In this document: piece after piece, positions 1 through 9,918 of the stretch
How positions within the stretch are numbered: position 1 is the first letter of the stretch
How the letters are laid out: each line of letters begins with the position of its first letter
Origin: Isosphaeraceae bacterium
GTDB taxonomy: Bacteria > Planctomycetota > Planctomycetia > Isosphaerales > Isosphaeraceae
DNA: 64,000 nt
Assembly: GCA_965201075.1 (NCBI GenBank)
Contig: CBDAVP010000005.1
Coordinates: 62,001 to 126,000, forward strand
Reading direction: 5' to 3'
Program-made: the position numbers and the translations under genes
Notes under the pieces: generated by a model
What the model saw: the letters and a program-made list of their open reading frames with translations, nothing else
What the model was told of the DNA's origin: nothing
Databases searched by the model: none

Positions 1-480
1 TTCGCCCATGCCAACCTCCGGCGGATCAAGTCCGAGAACCTTTTGGACGTGATCAGCGAGGTCACCGAGACCCAGGATAAGTTCCAGGGCCTCCCCAAGG
101 GCGCCCGAGCGGTGCAGATCGCCGACGGCACGACGTCCTCGTACTTCCTGACGACCTTCGGCCGCGCCACCCGCGAAACCGTCTGCTCTTGCGAGGTGAA
201 GATGGAGCCAACCCTCTCGCAGGCGCTCCACCTTCTCAACGGCAAGACGGTGAACGACAAGCTCAAGGATGGCGGCGTGGCTCGCAAGTTGGCCGAAGCG
301 AAAGTTCCGCCTCCCGAGGCCATCGCTCAGCTGTACGTTCGCAGCTTGACTCGCCGCCCGACTCCCGAAGAACTCCAGACAATTCTTCCGGCCCTGGCCG
401 CCGAGCCCGACCCGACCAAGACCCTGGATGACCTTTTCTGGGCGCTCCTCAACAGCCGAGAGTTCCTCTTCAACCACTAA
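1..480 (+). CDS. DUF1553 (PSD1)-domain planctomycete protein, C-terminal part (5' truncated by window edge)
   Basis: Frame is open from base 1. Motifs FLTTFGRATRETVCSCE, TLSQALHLLNG and C-terminal LFWALLNSREFLFNH are typical of DUF1549/DUF1553 proteins. Confidence 0.85.
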   Translation, partial: FAHANLRRIKSENLLDVISEVTETQDKFQGLPKGARAVQIADGTTSSYFLTTFGRATRETVCSCEVKMEPTLSQALHLLNGKTVNDKLKDGGVARKLAEAKVPPPEAIAQLYVRSLTRRPTPEELQTILPALAAEPDPTKTLDDLFWALLNSREFLFNH

Positions 481-683
481 AGCACTTTCCCCGATCCGCT
501 AGCGGCCGAGGAAAAGGGGGCTGGTTCTCGTGACTCACGCCCGAGTTTTTTCACCCTGATCCACGGCCGCAAGTGTCATCCCCCTTTTTCCTCGACCCGA
601 CCAACCCAACCCGCCCCTTCCCAATCCGCTCCGAACCGGTCGCGACGCCAACCACCGGCCCACCCCGCCCCGAGGTCCGAATC

Positions 684-2840
684 ATGCCCGTGCTCCGGAT
701 CACCTCCGCCCGCCTCGCCTCCTCGCCGTTGCTGATGGTTCTGTGCCTCGCCACCATCGCCCCGGCCGATGAGCCCCCCAAGGCGAATTTCCTGGAGCAC
801 GTCGCCCCGATCTTCCAGAACCGCTGCAATGCCTGCCACAATGCCGACAAGGCCAAGGGTGGTCTGGCGCTGGACAACTACGGAGCGGCGATGCGTGGCG
901 GGGGCTCGGGAAAGGTTGTCGAGCCCGGGGCCCCGGACGACAGCCATCTTTGGCAGCTCGTGACTCACAACGAACAGCCCCACATGCCGCCCGAGGGTCC
1001 CAAGATTCCCGACGCCGAGCTTGACCTCATCAAGCGCTGGATCGAGGCTGGAGCCCCCGAGACCTCCGGTAGCGCCGTAATGGTCAAGGCCAAACCGAGA
1101 TTTGACTTCAAGCCGACCGCGGCCCCCGGCGCCGAGGTCCAGGGACCGCCCCCTCTGCCCGAAGGAGTCTCCACCGACCCGGTCGTCATCACCGCCCGGC
1201 CCAACGCCGTCCTCGGCCTGGCCACCAGCCCCCGCGGGCCTCTGGTCGCCGTCGCCGGCACCAAGCAGGTCCTCGCCTACCGCACCGATACCCGTCGCCT
1301 CGCCGGGGTCTACCCATTCCCCGAAGGGTCGATCCACGTCGTCCGCTTCTCCCGGGACGGCTCCCTCCTGCTTGCCGCCGGGGGGCGTGGGGGCCAGTCC
1401 GGCCGGGTCGTCGCCTGGGATGTCAAGACCGGCAAGCGCGTCTTCGAGGTGGGGAAGGAATACGACTCGGTCCTCGCCGCCGACCTCAGCCCCGACCACT
1501 CCATGGTTGCCCTCGGCGGCCCCGCCCGGGTGGTCCGGGTCTACAACACCGCCGACGGCGAACTGAAGTACGAGTTGCGCAAGCACACCGAATGGATCAC
1601 GGCCGTCGAGTTCAGCCCCGATGGGGTATTGCTCGCCAGCGGCGACCGCAACAACGGCCTGGTCGCCTGGGAGGCCGCCACGGGTCGCGAGTTTTATGAT
1701 CTGCGAGGGCACACCGGGGCCATCACGGATCTCTCATGGCGGCCCGACTCCAACATCCTGGCCTCCGCCTCCGAGGACGGGGGCGCTCGCTTCTGGGAGA
1801 TGGAAAATGGCACCCAGGTCAAGGCCTGGGGGCCCAACCCTGGCGGCGTGACCTCGATCCGGTTCAATAAGGACGGCCGCATCACGACGACCGGTCGAGA
1901 CCACGTCGCCCGGCTCTGGGGAGCCGACGGCAGCGGAATCCTCGGCCTCGAGCCCCTACCCGACCTTGCCACCCGCGCCGCCTTGACCGCCGACGGGACC
2001 ACCCTCGTCTCGGCGGACTGGTCGGGCCAGGTCCGCCTCAACGCCGCCAACGACGGGCACTTGCTAGGCACCTTCGCCGCGAACCCGCCCCCACTGGCGG
2101 CGCGTCTGGCCTCGGCCACCGCCCTGGCCACCGCCGCCCAGGCCGAATTTGCCCCGAGGAATGCCGAGTTCCAGGTCTATCAAGCCGCGGCCAAGGCCAA
2201 GGCCGACGCCAACGCCGCCGCCCAGGCCGTTCTAGCCGCCGCCCAGCAGGCCGCCGGCCAGGCCGCCACCGTTGCCGACGCCGCCACGAAGCAACTGGCC
2301 GCCGCCGAGGCCGCCGCCCGCCAGGCCGAGGCCTCGGCCAAGTTCAACGCCGAGGTCGCCCGCTGGGAAGCCGCCCTGACGACCCAGTCCGAACACGTCC
2401 TGGCCGAATCCGCCGCCGCCACGCAGTCGGCCGCCGACACCGCCGCGGCCACTCACGCCCCGCCCGACGAGGCCCTCGCCGCCCGAGCCACCGCCTACCG
2501 AGACGCCACCGCCCAGGCCCTCGAAATCCACCGTGCTCAGGCCAAGGCCGCCGCCGAGGCCATCCCCCCCGCGCAGGCCGCGGTCGCCAACGCCCAGGCG
2601 GCCCGCGCGGCCGCGACCCAGGCCCTCACTGACGCGCAAGCCACCCTCGTGACCGCCAACGCCGCGGTCCCCCCCGCCCAGGCCACCGCCAATGCCACGG
2701 CCGCCGAGGCCGCCGCCACCGCCAAGGTCGTCGCCGACCAAACCCCCGCGTTCCAGGCCCTCGCCGCCAAAGCCGCCGCTCATCAGGCCGACGTCGAGGC
2801 CCTGACCGCCGAGACCAAATTCCCCGCGGCCTCCCCCTGA
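684..2840 (+). CDS. Secreted planctomycete cytochrome c domain + WD40 repeats + Ala-rich coiled-coil tail
   Basis: Signal-peptide-like N-terminus. Heme motif CNACH followed by MPP...WI..GA. Several WD40 units (FSPDG, GHTGAITDLSW, WD). Last ~245 aa are Ala-rich. ATG 684 chosen over 573. Confidence 0.85.
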   Translation: MPVLRITSARLASSPLLMVLCLATIAPADEPPKANFLEHVAPIFQNRCNACHNADKAKGGLALDNYGAAMRGGGSGKVVEPGAPDDSHLWQLVTHNEQPHMPPEGPKIPDAELDLIKRWIEAGAPETSGSAVMVKAKPRFDFKPTAAPGAEVQGPPPLPEGVSTDPVVITARPNAVLGLATSPRGPLVAVAGTKQVLAYRTDTRRLAGVYPFPEGSIHVVRFSRDGSLLLAAGGRGGQSGRVVAWDVKTGKRVFEVGKEYDSVLAADLSPDHSMVALGGPARVVRVYNTADGELKYELRKHTEWITAVEFSPDGVLLASGDRNNGLVAWEAATGREFYDLRGHTGAITDLSWRPDSNILASASEDGGARFWEMENGTQVKAWGPNPGGVTSIRFNKDGRITTTGRDHVARLWGADGSGILGLEPLPDLATRAALTADGTTLVSADWSGQVRLNAANDGHLLGTFAANPPPLAARLASATALATAAQAEFAPRNAEFQVYQAAAKAKADANAAAQAVLAAAQQAAGQAATVADAATKQLAAAEAAARQAEASAKFNAEVARWEAALTTQSEHVLAESAAATQSAADTAAATHAPPDEALAARATAYRDATAQALEIHRAQAKAAAEAIPPAQAAVANAQAARAAATQALTDAQATLVTANAAVPPAQATANATAAEAAATAKVVADQTPAFQALAAKAAAHQADVEALTAETKFPAASP

Positions 2841-3014
2841 GGCCGCCGACGGCACCTCCTTCGGCGACTCGTCGCCACGACAACCAGCCGACGAAATCCG
2901 AGGCAGGGCGATGAACCCTCGGGTCCGCCCTGTTAGACTGTTGCTGTGCATGCGTGATCCATTCTCCCTGAACGGAGAGGGACCACAGCCCGGCGGCGGC
3001 GGATTGGATTTGCC

Positions 3015-4550
3015 ATGCTTGCGAAGCTTTCGTCCTATACCCTTGTTGGCATTGAGGCGGCCCCGGTGGAGGTTGAGGTCGACGTTTCCTCGGCCTCCAT
3101 GCCCAAGACCGTCCTGGTGGGACTTGCCGAGGCGGCGGTTCGTGAGAGCACTCACCGGGTGGAACGCGCCATTGTCAACTCCGGGTATCGACGTCCGCCC
3201 GATCGCGTGGTCATCAACCTGGCCCCGGCGGATCTGAAAAAGGATGCCGGAGGGTTCGACCTGCCGATTGCCCTGGGACTTCTCATTGGCAGCGGGCAGG
3301 TGGCGATCGAGCGACCTGGCTCGTTCTCGGTGGTGGGCGAACTGGCCCTGACCGGCGAGACCCGCCCGATCAAGGGAGCCCTCGCGATGGCCCTGGAGGC
3401 GGCCAACGAGGGACGCGCCGGGCTGCTGGTCCCCTCGGCCAATGCCGCCGAGGCCGCCGTCGTCGAAGGGATCGCCATCTATCCAATCGGTTCCCTGGCC
3501 GAGGCGGTCGGGTTTCTCTCCGGTCAGCTCGACCTGGAACCCACCTCCCTGGACCTCGACGACGTCTTCCAGAAGCTCGCGCACACCGACGACGACTTCT
3601 CCGACGTCAAGGGTCAGGAATACGCCAAGCGGGCCCTGGTCATCGCCGCGAGTGGCTCGCACAACGTCCTAATGATCGGTCCGCCGGGAACCGGGAAAAC
3701 GCTACTCGCCCGGCGCCTGGGAACCATCCTCCCCCCGCTGACTCCCGCCGAAAGCCTGGAAACCACTCGCATCTACAGCGCGATGGGTTTGCTACGAGCC
3801 GGACAACCGCTGATGGCCGTCCGCCCCTTTCGGGCCCCGCACCACTCGGTCTCCGACGCGGGCCTGGTCGGCGGAGGGACCATTCCCCAGCCCGGTGAAA
3901 TCTCCCTCGCCCACAAGGGTGTCCTCTTTCTGGACGAACTGCCCGAATTCAACCGCAAAACCCTGGAAGTGTTGCGGCAACCCCTGGAGGAAGGCCACGT
4001 CACGATCAGTCGCGCCTTGAGGAGCACGACATTCCCCGCCGACTTCATCCTGGTCGCCGCCATGAACCCCTGCCCCTGCGGATATCGATCCGACCCGCGG
4101 CGGGCCTGTACCTGCTCGCCTCCCCAGGTCGAACGGTATCTGGGAAGAATCTCCGGCCCATTGCTCGACCGCATCGATCTGCATGTGGAAGTCCCGGCGG
4201 TCCCCTTCGCCCAACTGGCCGACGCCCCACCGGGCCCGACGTCGGCCGATTTGCTTGCCCAGGTCCGAAAGGCTCGCCAACGTCAGACCGAGCGATTCGT
4301 CGGCAAGGGGCCGGGCGTCAATGGGCGGATGACCCCCCGCCAAGTCCGCAAATACTGCACACTCAAGCCGGAATGCTCCGCCCTGCTCAAAGGGGCCATG
4401 GAGGAACTGGGCCTCTCCGCCCGAGCCCACGACAAGATCCTCCGCGTCGCCCGCACGATGGCGGATCTCGAAGATCGCGACGACATCGCCCCCCAACATA
4501 TCGCCGAAGCCGTGGGATTTCGGAATCTCGACCGTTCGGTCTGGGCCTGA
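3015..4550 (+). CDS. comM: YifB/ComM family Mg-chelatase-like AAA+ ATPase
   Basis: INLAPADLKK, GELALTG, Walker A GPPGTGKT, RAPHHS, GEISLAHKGVLFLDELPEF, MNPCPCG, SGPLLDRID. Confidence 0.92.
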   Translation: MLAKLSSYTLVGIEAAPVEVEVDVSSASMPKTVLVGLAEAAVRESTHRVERAIVNSGYRRPPDRVVINLAPADLKKDAGGFDLPIALGLLIGSGQVAIERPGSFSVVGELALTGETRPIKGALAMALEAANEGRAGLLVPSANAAEAAVVEGIAIYPIGSLAEAVGFLSGQLDLEPTSLDLDDVFQKLAHTDDDFSDVKGQEYAKRALVIAASGSHNVLMIGPPGTGKTLLARRLGTILPPLTPAESLETTRIYSAMGLLRAGQPLMAVRPFRAPHHSVSDAGLVGGGTIPQPGEISLAHKGVLFLDELPEFNRKTLEVLRQPLEEGHVTISRALRSTTFPADFILVAAMNPCPCGYRSDPRRACTCSPPQVERYLGRISGPLLDRIDLHVEVPAVPFAQLADAPPGPTSADLLAQVRKARQRQTERFVGKGPGVNGRMTPRQVRKYCTLKPECSALLKGAMEELGLSARAHDKILRVARTMADLEDRDDIAPQHIAEAVGFRNLDRSVWA

Positions 4551-4933
4551 TCGCGCGTCAATCCTGCTGAGAGGCGCGGCATCTCTCGATGCCATCCCCG
4601 GTCATCGTTCTTCACCATCGGAAAATCTTCAAAGACGAGAGAAATTTTCTGGGCCAAAGGCAAAGCATTAAACCACGCGGATTTGTTCTGGTACACAAAG
4701 TCATAAAGTGTCTGCGGTGTCTCAGTTTTCGTGCCAGTCCGCGACAGCGACCCTGAAGCTGGGATAACCCGCCTCCGCCTGGATAGGGCTCGCGAGGTTG
4801 GCAAAGCGGCCTCATGGCATCTTCCCTTGGCGCACCGTTTGGATCGGATGCTCGACGATACAACATCCCGGCCTCTTCCCGAGCGGGAGGGGTGGCTTGC
4901 TGGGCTTGTGAAATCCGAGCGAAGGAGGGTCCC

Positions 4934-6004
4934 GTGCATCGACGAGTGTGCCGGCGTGGCTTCACGCTGATCGAATTGCTGGTCGTGATCGCAATCATCG
5001 GGGTGCTCATCGGGCTACTTCTGCCGGCCGTCCAGGCGGCGCGTGAGGCGGCTCGCCGCGCTCAGTGCGTGAACAACCTGAAGCAGATCGGCCTGGCTAT
5101 CCACAACTACCACGACGTCAACAACGCCATCCCGCTCGGCCACGGCCCAGCGGGCTGGCCGGCGGACTTTTCCCCGCACGCAATGTTGCTGCCCTACACC
5201 GAGCAAAAGCCGGTTTATGACGCGATCAACTTCGGCTACGACAGCGGCAACACGATCATCGCCACCGATACCGGCTGTCCGCAGAACCAGACAGCCTACA
5301 AGGTTCAGATCAACCTGTTCCTGTGTCCCTCGGACTTCAACCGAACCACGAGCGCCTACGCCGTGACCAATTACGTGGGGAACGCGGGGTCCAACGCCAA
5401 CTGCTTTAACATGGGCACGCCCTTCGACGGACCTTTCGGCCACGGAGCCGGAGATTACTATCAGTCGACCGGCAAGGAGACCATGGCATTCAATAAGATT
5501 CTGGACGGCCTGAGCCAGACCGCGGGATTCAGCGAACGTTGCACCGGCCTGGGCGACGACAACGAAAACCCGCAGCCCATCGACACGTTGAAGCCTTCGA
5601 TGACCCCGATCAGTTCGGGGCAGGAAATCACCACCAACCTGACTAACGATACCCCCTCGGCGATCTACCAGGTCTGCAAGGCCGCGACGCCACCCACGAC
5701 GCAGGGAGCCTCGAACGAGGCGGTGGGTCCGGCGGCGGGGACCATGTGGTGGCGGGGAATCTCGGCGACCACCCTGTACAGCCACATCATGCCACCGAAC
5801 TCGCAGAGCTGCAATTTCGCCTGGTTCAACAATACGTCGTTCATGACGGGGGCGTTCGCCGCGACGAGTCGGCATCCTGGTGGCGTCAACACGCTGATGA
5901 TGGACGGGTCGATTCGCTTCATCAAGTCGTCGGTCGCGCCCCAGGTCTACTGGGCGCTTGGCACCGAGATGGGCGGCGAGGTCGTCTCGCAGTCGGATTT
6001 CTAG
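4934..6004 (+). CDS. DUF1559 protein with prepilin-type N-terminal cleavage/methylation motif and H-X9-DG motif
   Basis: [74 protein letters not shown] precedes GTG 4934. Confidence 0.93.
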   Translation: MHRRVCRRGFTLIELLVVIAIIGVLIGLLLPAVQAAREAARRAQCVNNLKQIGLAIHNYHDVNNAIPLGHGPAGWPADFSPHAMLLPYTEQKPVYDAINFGYDSGNTIIATDTGCPQNQTAYKVQINLFLCPSDFNRTTSAYAVTNYVGNAGSNANCFNMGTPFDGPFGHGAGDYYQSTGKETMAFNKILDGLSQTAGFSERCTGLGDDNENPQPIDTLKPSMTPISSGQEITTNLTNDTPSAIYQVCKAATPPTTQGASNEAVGPAAGTMWWRGISATTLYSHIMPPNSQSCNFAWFNNTSFMTGAFAATSRHPGGVNTLMMDGSIRFIKSSVAPQVYWALGTEMGGEVVSQSDF

Positions 6005-6036
6005 GAGCTGGCGGGGCCGCTTCATCCAGGACTGAC

Positions 6037-6519
6037 ATGGATCTTGGGAGATTGAGCATGTCAACAACGAGGCGCGGCGGGTCAACCTGGCTGCGTGCGG
6101 CACTGATCCTGGGGCCGATCGCGATCGGCCTGGTTGTAGGAGGTTGCAGCCCCAAGGCCGCCTCGGGATCACTGGAGGAGGCGACTGTCACCGGCCAGGT
6201 CACCATCAAGGGAAAACCGGTCGGCGGTGGCGGGACGGTGACATTCAACCCTGCCAATGCGTCGAGGAAGGATGTGGCCCCGAGGGAAACCAAGATCAAC
6301 GCCGAAGGGCGGTATACCATCACCACGCTGCTGGGCCACAACACAGCAACCGTCCGCATTCCCAAACCACCCCGCGACGCCGATCTCCGACGAGCGGGCA
6401 AAGGCGTCCACGTGGTCTCGGGCTCGAACACCCTGGACCTGGAAATCCCCGCGATGCCGGTCCCGGCGGCGAAAGCGCCCACGTCCGCAAGGAAAACGAA
6501 GGTCGTCGAGGAACGCTGA
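6037..6519 (+). CDS. Putative lipoprotein with carboxypeptidase-regulatory-like beta domain (usual DUF1559 partner)
   Basis: Lipobox-like VVGGC; VTGQVTIKGKP..G.VTF.P; INAEGRYTI. Lies directly after the DUF1559 gene. Start could be 6037 or 6058. Confidence 0.75.
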   Translation: MDLGRLSMSTTRRGGSTWLRAALILGPIAIGLVVGGCSPKAASGSLEEATVTGQVTIKGKPVGGGGTVTFNPANASRKDVAPRETKINAEGRYTITTLLGHNTATVRIPKPPRDADLRRAGKGVHVVSGSNTLDLEIPAMPVPAAKAPTSARKTKVVEER

Positions 6520-6739
6520 AGGCTATCGAACCGAGTCGATCCATTCCCAAGCCGCCCGCCGCGAGACCTTCCCAATGGTGAAGGGTCGCGGCGGGTTTCG
6601 TCCTTCCGCCAGCCTAGCCCTTAACCATTCGGGGCTGAGCTTGCCCGAAACGTGGACCCACGTTATTTTATCTGCCGCCGCGAATTTCCCCCCTTTCCGC
6701 GGCGTGTTGGTCGACTCACCCGATCCGCGGGGCAAAGGC

Positions 6740-7768
6740 ATGGTCGGCATCGGCATCGCCGGCATCGGCTTCATGGGCATGATCCACTACTTGGCGGCCG
6801 AGGGGCTGGCCGGAGGGCGGGTCTCGGCCATTTGTAGCCGGGACGGGGCCAAGCGCACGGGCGACTGGACCGGCATCCAAGGCAACTTCGGTCCCCCCGG
6901 CCGGCTCATGGACCTCTCCGGTGTGCGAGCCCACGCCGAATTTGACGCCTTGCTGGCCGACCCGGCAGTGAACCTGATTGACCTTTGCGTCCCCGTTGAG
7001 CAACACGCCCCAATGGCCATCCGAGCCCTGGAGGCAGGCAAGGCGGTGTTGGTGGAAAAGCCAATCGCCTCGACTTTGGTCGAGGCCGACGCCATGCTCG
7101 ACGCCGCGAGCCGCACGGGCTCTCGCCTGATGGTCGCGCACGTCCTCCCATTCTTCGCCGAATTCGCCTTCGCCCGAGAGACGGTCAACTCGGGCCAATA
7201 CGGATCGCTTCGAGCCTTTCACCTGACGAGGGTCGTCGCCACCCCAGATCCCTCGGCCGCCGCCGAGGCCGCGGTGGACCTTCATATCCATGATAGCCAC
7301 TTCGTGTCGCTGCTTTGCGGTTGCCCACGAGCGGTGCGCTCGATCGGCCGCGTGGAACAAGGCGCCGTGACCTATCTGTCGACCCATTACCAATTCGCCA
7401 ACGATCGTGGGCCAGTCGTCTCGGCCACCAGCGGTGTTCTAGGCCGGCCCGGTCGTCCCTTCGCTCACGGATTCGAACTCTATCTCGATGGGGCCAACCT
7501 CACGTTTTCGCTGGCGGCGATGGCCGACGGCACGGTCGAGGGCGGCCCACTGGCGGTCTCGCGGGCCGACGGTCAGGTCTTGCGACCGAAACTTGACCCT
7601 GGCGACCCAATCTCCTGCTTCCAACGAGAAATGGCTGCCGCGATCGGAGTCGTCGCGACGGGCCGCATCGACCCGGCCCTGGACGCCGGACTCGCCCGCG
7701 AGGCACTCGCGACTTGCCTGGCTGAGGTCAACAGCGTCCGAGAGGGACGAGCCGTGGAAATAACCTAA
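6740..7768 (+). CDS. Gfo/Idh/MocA family oxidoreductase
   Basis: GIAGIGFMG Rossmann motif, VLVEKP, DLHIHD. Confidence 0.9.
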   Translation: MVGIGIAGIGFMGMIHYLAAEGLAGGRVSAICSRDGAKRTGDWTGIQGNFGPPGRLMDLSGVRAHAEFDALLADPAVNLIDLCVPVEQHAPMAIRALEAGKAVLVEKPIASTLVEADAMLDAASRTGSRLMVAHVLPFFAEFAFARETVNSGQYGSLRAFHLTRVVATPDPSAAAEAAVDLHIHDSHFVSLLCGCPRAVRSIGRVEQGAVTYLSTHYQFANDRGPVVSATSGVLGRPGRPFAHGFELYLDGANLTFSLAAMADGTVEGGPLAVSRADGQVLRPKLDPGDPISCFQREMAAAIGVVATGRIDPALDAGLAREALATCLAEVNSVREGRAVEIT

Positions 7769-7974
7769 TTCCTCGCTTTGGAGACCCCTCGCCCGTTGTC
7801 GAAACGAACAGAACCAACCCAACCGTGACTGTCCTTCCAACCGGAGGATGCAACCGGGTCTTCGGAATCGGCAGCCCTGCCCAACTCGTTTCAAGAGGAA
7901 TGGGAGGAGTGGCCGATCTTGGATATTGGGCCAGGACGGCCCATATTGCCCGCCAGCCGCACGGAGGTGGCCCA

Positions 7975-8799
7975 ATGACGACAATTCTGTCGGAGCTGAT
8001 TCACCAGACCGCCGTCATCAGCGCGGAGGCCGACATCGCCGACGATGTCCAGATCGGCCCTTACGCGGTGGTTGAGGGGCCCGTCACCATCGGTCCGGGC
8101 TGTATCATCGAATCGCATGCGAGCCTCTGCGGGATGACAGTCCTGGGACGCAACAACGTCATCGGCCACGGCGCGGTCCTGGGCAAGGGGCCGCAACATC
8201 GGGGCTGCCAGGGCGACGGGACGAGTCTCATCATAGGCGACGACAACGTCATCCGCGAACACGTCACCATCCACCGGGGGACCGTGGCTGGAGGCGGTCT
8301 CACGCGACTGGGCAACCAGAACTACCTGATGATCGGCTCGCACGTCGGCCACGACTCCCAGGTCGGCAACGGCTGCACGCTGGTCAACGGAGCCTTGGTG
8401 GCCGGTCACGTGCGTCTGGATGACGGCTGCATCCTCTCCGGCCACTCGGCCATACAACAACGGGTGCGGGTCGGACGCCTGGCGATGATCGGTGGCCTCG
8501 GCTCGAGCACCAAGGACATTCCCCCGTTCGTGTTGGCCCAGGGATACAACACCGTCACGAATCTCAACGTCGTGGGATTGCGACGCGCCGGGTTCGGAGC
8601 CTCGGCGATCTCGGGTCTTCGGGAGGCGTTCCGAACCCTCTACAAGGAAGGCCGTTCCCAGGGGTCCGCCCTCGACCGCATCCTGGCCGACCTGGGAGGC
8701 ATCCCCGAGGTCGTGGAATTCGTCAGCTTCATCCGCGAGTCGACCGTGGGTATCGCCACCATGCGCGGGCAGAATCGGGATCGTCGCTCGAGCGAGTGA
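7975..8799 (+). CDS. lpxA: Acyl-ACP--UDP-N-acetylglucosamine O-acyltransferase (LpxA family, divergent)
   Basis: Hexapeptide repeats; IREHVTIHRGT; SHVGHD; AGHV; KDIPPF; LNVVGLRRAGF. GGAGG RBS. Confidence 0.85.
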   Translation: MTTILSELIHQTAVISAEADIADDVQIGPYAVVEGPVTIGPGCIIESHASLCGMTVLGRNNVIGHGAVLGKGPQHRGCQGDGTSLIIGDDNVIREHVTIHRGTVAGGGLTRLGNQNYLMIGSHVGHDSQVGNGCTLVNGALVAGHVRLDDGCILSGHSAIQQRVRVGRLAMIGGLGSSTKDIPPFVLAQGYNTVTNLNVVGLRRAGFGASAISGLREAFRTLYKEGRSQGSALDRILADLGGIPEVVEFVSFIRESTVGIATMRGQNRDRRSSE

Positions 8800-8911
8800 C
8801 CGGTCTCCACGACGGTACGCCGGTTGCACCAAAAAAGAGTTCGCGGGCGAGTTCCGGGCAGGAAACGGTTGCCCGATTTCTCGACCCCGAGCCCTTCTCG
8901 GTAACTCAACC

Positions 8912-9331
8912 ATGAACGCTCGCCTCGCCCTCTCCCGTGCTGGCATCGCCTTGTTCGTCATCATCCCGGTACTCGCCACGACTGGCCTGGCGGCGGATTC
9001 CCCACCGAGTCTGGTCGGGACGTGGACCTGGGAGTGGAAGGGCTCCGACGACAAGACCCATCACCATTCGCTCGTCGTCGAGGGGGAAGGCAAGACCTTG
9101 GCGGCCCAGGAACGATTCGACGAAGAATCGCCCGTCAAGGTCGACGATTTCCAGGTGGAGGGCAAAAAGGTGTCGTTCTCGGTGACCCGGGGCGAACGGC
9201 GAGCCGCCTACTCCGGTACCCTGGGTGATGCCAACACAATCAACGGTAATGTCACCGTCAACGTGGCCGAAAAACCAGCCACCGAATTTACCTGGACAGC
9301 CAAGCACCAAGAGGAAGAGTCCAAGCCCTGA
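8912..9331 (+). CDS. Secreted small beta-rich hypothetical protein
   Basis: Signal peptide ending GLA-A; LVGTWTW, VSFSV, YSGTL, INGNV strands; codon bias consistent with coding. Confidence 0.7.
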   Translation: MNARLALSRAGIALFVIIPVLATTGLAADSPPSLVGTWTWEWKGSDDKTHHHSLVVEGEGKTLAAQERFDEESPVKVDDFQVEGKKVSFSVTRGERRAAYSGTLGDANTINGNVTVNVAEKPATEFTWTAKHQEEESKP

Positions 9332-9425
9332 TTCATCGGGTCGAGTTCGTCATGCTTCGGTTGGGGAGAGCGAAACTCTTGGAAGGACAGCCGAGCATGA
9401 CGGTGAGGTCAAGGCAGGTGTTCGT

Positions 9426-9686
9426 TCAACGCCGACGGCCGTTGGATGAGTTGGGTGATTTGCGGTCGAGGATTTCCTTCACCCGGCCATATTCCGCTTC
9501 ATCGAGTTCCCCATCATCTCGGGCCGCTCGCAGCTCTTCGAGTAATTCCTCGTCGGTGGGACCCGGATCATTCACCTCGCGGCGATAATCGGCGATGATC
9601 TTCGCTCCGACCGCAAGGACCCCGGCCATTAGCGCCGAGAGGGCGACGAGTTTGAAGTTGTCCTGGGTCCATTTGGAGTCGAACAT
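9426..9686 (-). CDS. Small single-TM membrane protein with SHOCT-like C-terminus
   Basis: One hydrophobic helix followed by LEELRAARDDGELDEAEYGRVK. Confidence 0.65.
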   Translation of the reverse strand: MFDSKWTQDNFKLVALSALMAGVLAVGAKIIADYRREVNDPGPTDEELLEELRAARDDGELDEAEYGRVKEILDRKSPNSSNGRRR

Positions 9687-9918
9687 CGGGCGACCCGGGG
9701 GGAGGGGATCTCGTGAAGGACTCATTCAGCCGGACCGTTTTCGTGGCGCGGCGCTCAATTCGAACAATTGTCCTCGGCGGGACGCGCTCAAGTCTACCCC
9801 CACTGGGGCCCGATCAGGACGAGGGGGCTTCCGCTTGTGAGTCGCGACCCCTCACGCGTAGACTGGACCAAATGATCGGGTCTGGCGCTTCGCTTCGGGG
9901 ACAGGGAGGGCAAGGACC

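Noticed and set aside
2090..2840. GCC-rich stretch as a DNA repeat array or CRISPR
   Set aside because: It is explained by Ala codons and has no fixed-length repeat-spacer structure.
4685..4845. Sigma54 promoter upstream of the DUF1559 gene
   Set aside because: The TGGYRC-like hexamers lack a GC at the -12 position.
4900..4925. Rex operator
   Set aside because: Only a TTGTGAA half-site is present, without the TTCACAA partner.
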